A stretch of 64,000 bases of DNA from NCBI RefSeq assembly GCF_009914755.1, contig NC_060939.1, one strand, 5' to 3'. The notes below the pieces were generated by a model. That model was not told the DNA's origin and did not search any database. It saw only the letters and a list, made by a program, of their open reading frames with translations. Below, piece by piece: positions 58,608 to 64,000 of this stretch. Both the position numbers and the translations under genes were made by a program. Position 1 is the stretch's first letter; each line of letters begins with the position of its first letter. The stretch comes from the human T2T-CHM13v2.0 reference genome, Homo sapiens.

Positions 58608-58706
58608 TGTTTTATGCATTCTGGTATGCCAACGTATTCCATGGGGACAAGTTCTGCTAGTTCTGCCAAATTAAACACGTATCTAATTTTTTGGCTGAAT
58701 TTCGAG
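58608..58706 (-). CDS. BNIP2: BNIP2 exon SKFSQKIRYVFNLAELAELVPMEYVGIPECIK
   Basis: ccatag|C TCG acceptor, CA|gtatgt donor, 99 nt; BCH domain C-terminus. Confidence 0.96.
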
Positions 58707-58799
58707 CTATGGAAGAAAATAAAAATAATTACTTCCATATTTCTGACAAATACAATGGATACAATGTTTACAAGATACAAAAATCATGTCATTTTGAAT

Positions 58800-58962
58800 G
58801 TTCAAAACACAAAAAGATGATAAATGTCTGAGGTGATGGATGTACTAATCACCCAGGTTTGATCATTATACAATGTATACACATATCAAAATATAGCTCT
58901 GTATCCCATAAGTATGTATAGTTATTATGTGTTAACTAAAAATAAATAAATAAAAAAAATAA
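58800..58962 (+). mobile_element. L1MA-type extreme 3' fragment
   Basis: gataaatgtctgaggtgatggat...tttgatcattatacaatgtatac... followed by an A-rich tail. Confidence 0.7.
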
Positions 58963-58991
58963 AATTAAAGTCAATGGCTCTCAAAAATTAC

Positions 58992-59078
58992 CTAATAAAT
59001 GGTCTTGTAACAGCCAGAAGTGTTCTGATAAACCAAGAAGGATGTACAATGATTAGGGATTTTAGATTTTTCCGTAAC
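58992..59078 (-). CDS. BNIP2: BNIP2 exon [28 protein letters not shown]
   Basis: ctccag|G TTA acceptor, AG|gtaatt donor, 87 nt; BCH/CRAL-TRIO-like VHP motif. Confidence 0.96.
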   Translation of the reverse strand, partial: VTEKSKIPNHCTSFLVYQNTSGCYKTIY

Positions 59079-59968
59079 CTGGAGTTTAAAAAAAAAACAC
59101 ACACACACAAAGAAAATTAAAAATTTCTATAAATTCTAATGCTGCAAGTTTATACAAAATAATAGTTGAAAAATCTCACCCAAAAGTTCTCAATTAGGTG
59201 TGATACCCCTGTAGACAAGAAAATGCACTCTTAAATTCTTATGGTCCCTCCTACTGCTATGAAATGAACTTTACTTCATTTGGCCAGATTTACGTCCACA
59301 GTATAGCCTGTTACTAAATGTCTCCTAGCATACACATTCACTTGTCTTCAGGACTCTGTAAACAGGGAAAGAGGCCAATACTGAATGTAAAAGTAAACTA
59401 TTCTCATTTTCCAAGACTAGGGAGAAATTGGTGCTAAGTTCTTCAAAACCATGAAAAGCACTGTGCAGGCAGAGAAGTGTGAGTGGAGAAGATGACCACA
59501 GGAACAAAAACAAATCAGATCTAACTCCTATTCTTAAGGAATTTAAAGTTTTGATTAAAAATTAAAGGTTTTATCCTAGACTTCTCCTTTTTAAATGACT
59601 AAATACTCTTTGTATTATGCATATTTCACACATAAAGTGAGATACATATATAATCATAAGAGCTAGCCAATGTCAAATTTAGATGTGAAGAGAAACCTAT
59701 TAATGGGTCTGACTTGATTTAAATTAGCCACAGCAAGATCAAACCAATCGGAAGATCACATTCCTTCCATTAAGTACTGATGACTAACTCCCAAGACAAA
59801 ACACTTCTAAAGCTTGTTCCAAAGAAAGATTACAACTAAATAAGCACCATTAAAAAACATAAATACTGAGCGCTGTGGCTCATGCCTGTAATCCTAGCAC
59901 TTTGGGAGGCTGAGGCAGGTGGATCGCTTTAGTCCAGGAGTTCAAGAACCAGCCTGGGCAACATGTCA

Positions 59969-60178
<210 letters not shown>

Positions 60179-60548
60179 CTAAGCACTATAAATTAGGCAA
60201 AACTCAATGTAATGAAATAGGAAACATACTACATTCTCCATCCTTTGCCAAGACGTAAATAATAGGAAAAAAAGTGTTCAATGTGGAGAAAATTGCATCT
60301 TATAAATAAGGAGAAAGTCTTCAATTAAATAAGGAGAAATATAAAGCTACTTTGTAAGTTTGAAGAATTAAGGTTATTCTTTATAGAAAAATCAAAATTG
60401 ATTTCCCTCACAATATTCTAAAATGCTATCTTTAGAAAACAGAAACCTGCCATGAAATAAATAAATAAAATTTAAAAAATAAATGGTGTTTTAAAATAGC
60501 AACAGAAGGCTGGGCGCGGTGGCTCACGCCTGTAATCCCAGCACTTCA

Positions 60549-60803
<255 letters not shown>

Positions 60804-60898
60804 TTAAAAAAAAAAAATAGCAACGAAAAACAAAGTTTGATTTCCTAAAGCCATTATAAAATTTTTTCAGACTAGCTTTCAACTTGTATTTGTATTAC

Positions 60899-61030
60899 CT
60901 TCTATCAATTTGCTGATAACATTTCCTGAGCCATCCCAGACTGGGCATTTTTCTTCGAGTTGTTGCACCATTTAAATAAACTATCATGTAGTTTTCTGCT
61001 ACTAGTAGCTCCAAAGTGCCAATAACATAT
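60899..61030 (-). CDS. BNIP2: BNIP2 exon [43 protein letters not shown]
   Basis: ttacag|A TAT acceptor, AG|gtaata donor, 132 nt. Confidence 0.96.
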
Positions 61031-62352
61031 CTGTAAAAAACAAATTAAGTTTAAGCCTTAAAAATCACTGTGCATAACTGAACTAGGTTCTCTAAATTGT
61101 ACCATTATACAATTCCTTCCTCTCTCCTACAATGAGAGCAACAATGAAAATGCTCAAACCGCATTAGCTAGTATTACGATTATCTTATTTTTTAGAGATA
61201 TATTTTGAAATGTTTCTAAGTGAAATGATTTGCTCCTGGGATTTGCTTCAAACTTGTAAACTGGGGGTTAGAAGTGGGAACAAAGTATAAATTGGTAATT
61301 GTTGAAGTGACTGATACATGAAGATTTGATATACTTCTCTTTACCCCTGTGTATGTCTGAAACTTTCCACAATACGGTTTTTAAAAACTGCACTAACCTG
61401 AGAAATAGAATGACCTTGTGGAAAAAGAACTGATTTGGCTCAATTATATTGGCCTTCTAGGGGTAAATGTAATTTAGCCACATGATTTTGAGACAAAAAT
61501 CACTTCTTTACACTTAATGTGCCTGCAAATGTTAACATAAAACAGTTGGGACAGGTAAGGCATGGTGGCTTACTTGAGCCCAGGAGTTTGAGACCAACCC
61601 TGGCAACATAGAGAGACTCTGTCTCTACCAAAAATTAAGAAGTCAGCAGGATGTGGTGACATGTGCCTGCAGTCCCAGCCACTAGGGAGGCTGAGGTAGG
61701 AGGATGGCTTGAGCCCGTGAGGTCAAGGCTGCAGGGAGCCGTAGTTGTACCACTGCACTCCAGCCTGGGTGACAGAGTGAAACTCCATCTCAAAACAAAA
61801 CGAAACAAAGTTGGAACAAATAATCTGAGATATATTTCCCAGTTTTAAAATGACAATTTTTCTCTTGAATTGGAAAACTATCGTTCCATAATATCAAAGA
61901 ATAAGGACTCATCTAGTCCTGTATCTAGTAACAAATACTTTTACTTTAACCTTCATTCTGTTGTTCACAAACTTGCACGTGAAAAGATCTGGGATATTTA
62001 TTTTTCTGAGACAGGGTCTTACTCTGTCACCCAGGGTAGAGTGCAGTGGCAAAATCACAGTTCACTGCAGCTTTGACCTCATGGGCTCAGGTGATACTTC
62101 CACCTCAGCCTCCTGAGTAGGTGGGGCTACAGGCCCATACTACCATGCCTGGCTAATTTTTTGATTTTGTAGAGAAAGAGCTTTGTCATATTGCCTAGGC
62201 TGGTCTCCAACTCCTGGACTCAAGTGATCTGCCCACTTCAGTCTCCCAAAGAACTGGAATATTTATAATTTTTGAAAAGGTTAAGTTTCTTAAGGTGTAG
62301 ATCTAATTAGCTCAGAATTCTGTCCAAATGTTTTTGTTTAATATATACTTAC

Positions 62353-62455
62353 TTAAAAAGATTGTCCATCAGGTATCTATAGTTAGGCTGACTACTTTCA
62401 GGCATGAAACAGACAGCAAACACAACAATGGCATTTAATCCATCCCCATAATATC
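62353..62455 (-). CDS. BNIP2: BNIP2 exon [33 protein letters not shown] (upstream exons lie beyond the window)
   Basis: ttttag|GA TAT acceptor, AA|gtaagt donor, 103 nt; start of the BCH domain. Confidence 0.96.
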
Positions 62456-62854
62456 CTAAAAAAGAAACCAAAGACAGTATCACCAGCACGATTTTACTCT
62501 TAGACATTTTTAGAAGACATCTGTATGATTAGTAAATTATAAATAAGAGTTTACTTTTCACAGATTTCTGTATTAAATGTATGTTTTGTAAATCTTATAT
62601 GGTCTTATATAGAATTTTAATGTCTTCTTCCCAAAAAGAGAACAGTAAAATTTAAAGAGGACGGTGGACAGAAAAAACAAAAAAACCCAAGACCACTTAA
62701 ATTCGCATATTTAAAAAGCCAGCCCTATTTTAGCAGGTAGACAAATATAGTGATATAACCCAATACAATACAGACACAATACAATAACTGCAATGTATTT
62801 TTATTTATTTCTATGATGCTTATGGTTAAAGTGGGTGCTTTTTTTTTTTTTTAG

Positions 62855-63109
<255 letters not shown>

Positions 63110-63698
63110 TGAGCCACCGTGCCCGGCAAAGTGGGTGCTTTTTTAAATTTTTTTTTAGAGGATAGCATCTTGCTCCATTGCCCAGGATGGAGTGCAGTGG
63201 CACAATCACAGCTCATGCAGCCTTGAACTTCTGGGCTCAAGGGATCTTCCCACCTCATAGCCTCCAGAGGAGCTGGGGATACAGCGCACACAAACATGCC
63301 TGGTTAACCTTTATAAAATTTTTTTTGTAGAGATAGGGTTTCACTGTGTTGCTCAGACTGGTCGTGAACTCCTGGCCTTAAGCAATCCTCCTCCTTTGGC
63401 CTCCCAAAGCACTGGGCATGAGCCACATCGCCAGAGCCATAAGTGGGTGATTTTTAAAAGGTAAGTTTATATTTAAAAATGCTAGCATTTTGTAGAAATT
63501 AGGACATTAAAACTAAATTAGGCCGGGCGAGGTGGCTCATGCTTGTAATTCCAGCACTTCGGGAGGCTGAGGTGGGCAGATCACTTAAGGCCAGGAATTT
63601 TGAGACCAGCCTGGCCAACATGGCGAAACCCCATCTCTACTAAAGATATAAACAATTAGCTGGGTGTGGTGGTGTGCACCTGTAGTCCCAGCTACTCA

Positions 63699-63803
<105 letters not shown>

Positions 63804-64000
63804 TCAAAAAAAAAAAAAAAAAAAAAAAACAAAAAAACAAACTAAATTACATCTCTGACATAATTTTCAGTAATGGAAAACAGCGCTAAAATATGTATGT
63901 TTCAACAGCAGTCTTTAGATATTAAGCCAATATTTAGTAGCAAATACTTCTGCTTTAACCTTCATTTCTATTGCTTACAAATTTGCACATGAAAAGATTT

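Overview
Mammalian, human-type genomic DNA, very Alu-rich. I recognise the gene order GCNT3(+), GTF2A2(-), BNIP2(-, 3' half only) from memory as human 15q22. GTF2A2 (109 aa, 4 coding exons) and the visible BNIP2 exons are intact, with GT-AG boundaries and consistent phases. The single coding exon of GCNT3 (7932-9248, 438 codons plus stop) is broken by an in-frame TGA at codon 71 (8142-8144), where the protein I recall has Ser, so this looks like a p.Ser71* null allele. The other main anomaly is a perfect 227-bp inverted repeat of non-repetitive DNA (26693-26919 / 27470-27696) just past the GTF2A2 3' end. Candidate regulatory features include a near-consensus p53 element behind the GCNT3 stop and a BNIP2 splice donor that overlaps its own stop codon. 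There is also a 36-nt BNIP2 cassette exon, a possible GTF2A2 poison exon and recursive splice site, a pre-miRNA-sized hairpin and old templated duplications. No prokaryotic-type systems, tRNA, rRNA or CRISPR were seen. Repeat coordinates are approximate; repeat family names are by eye, without a database search.
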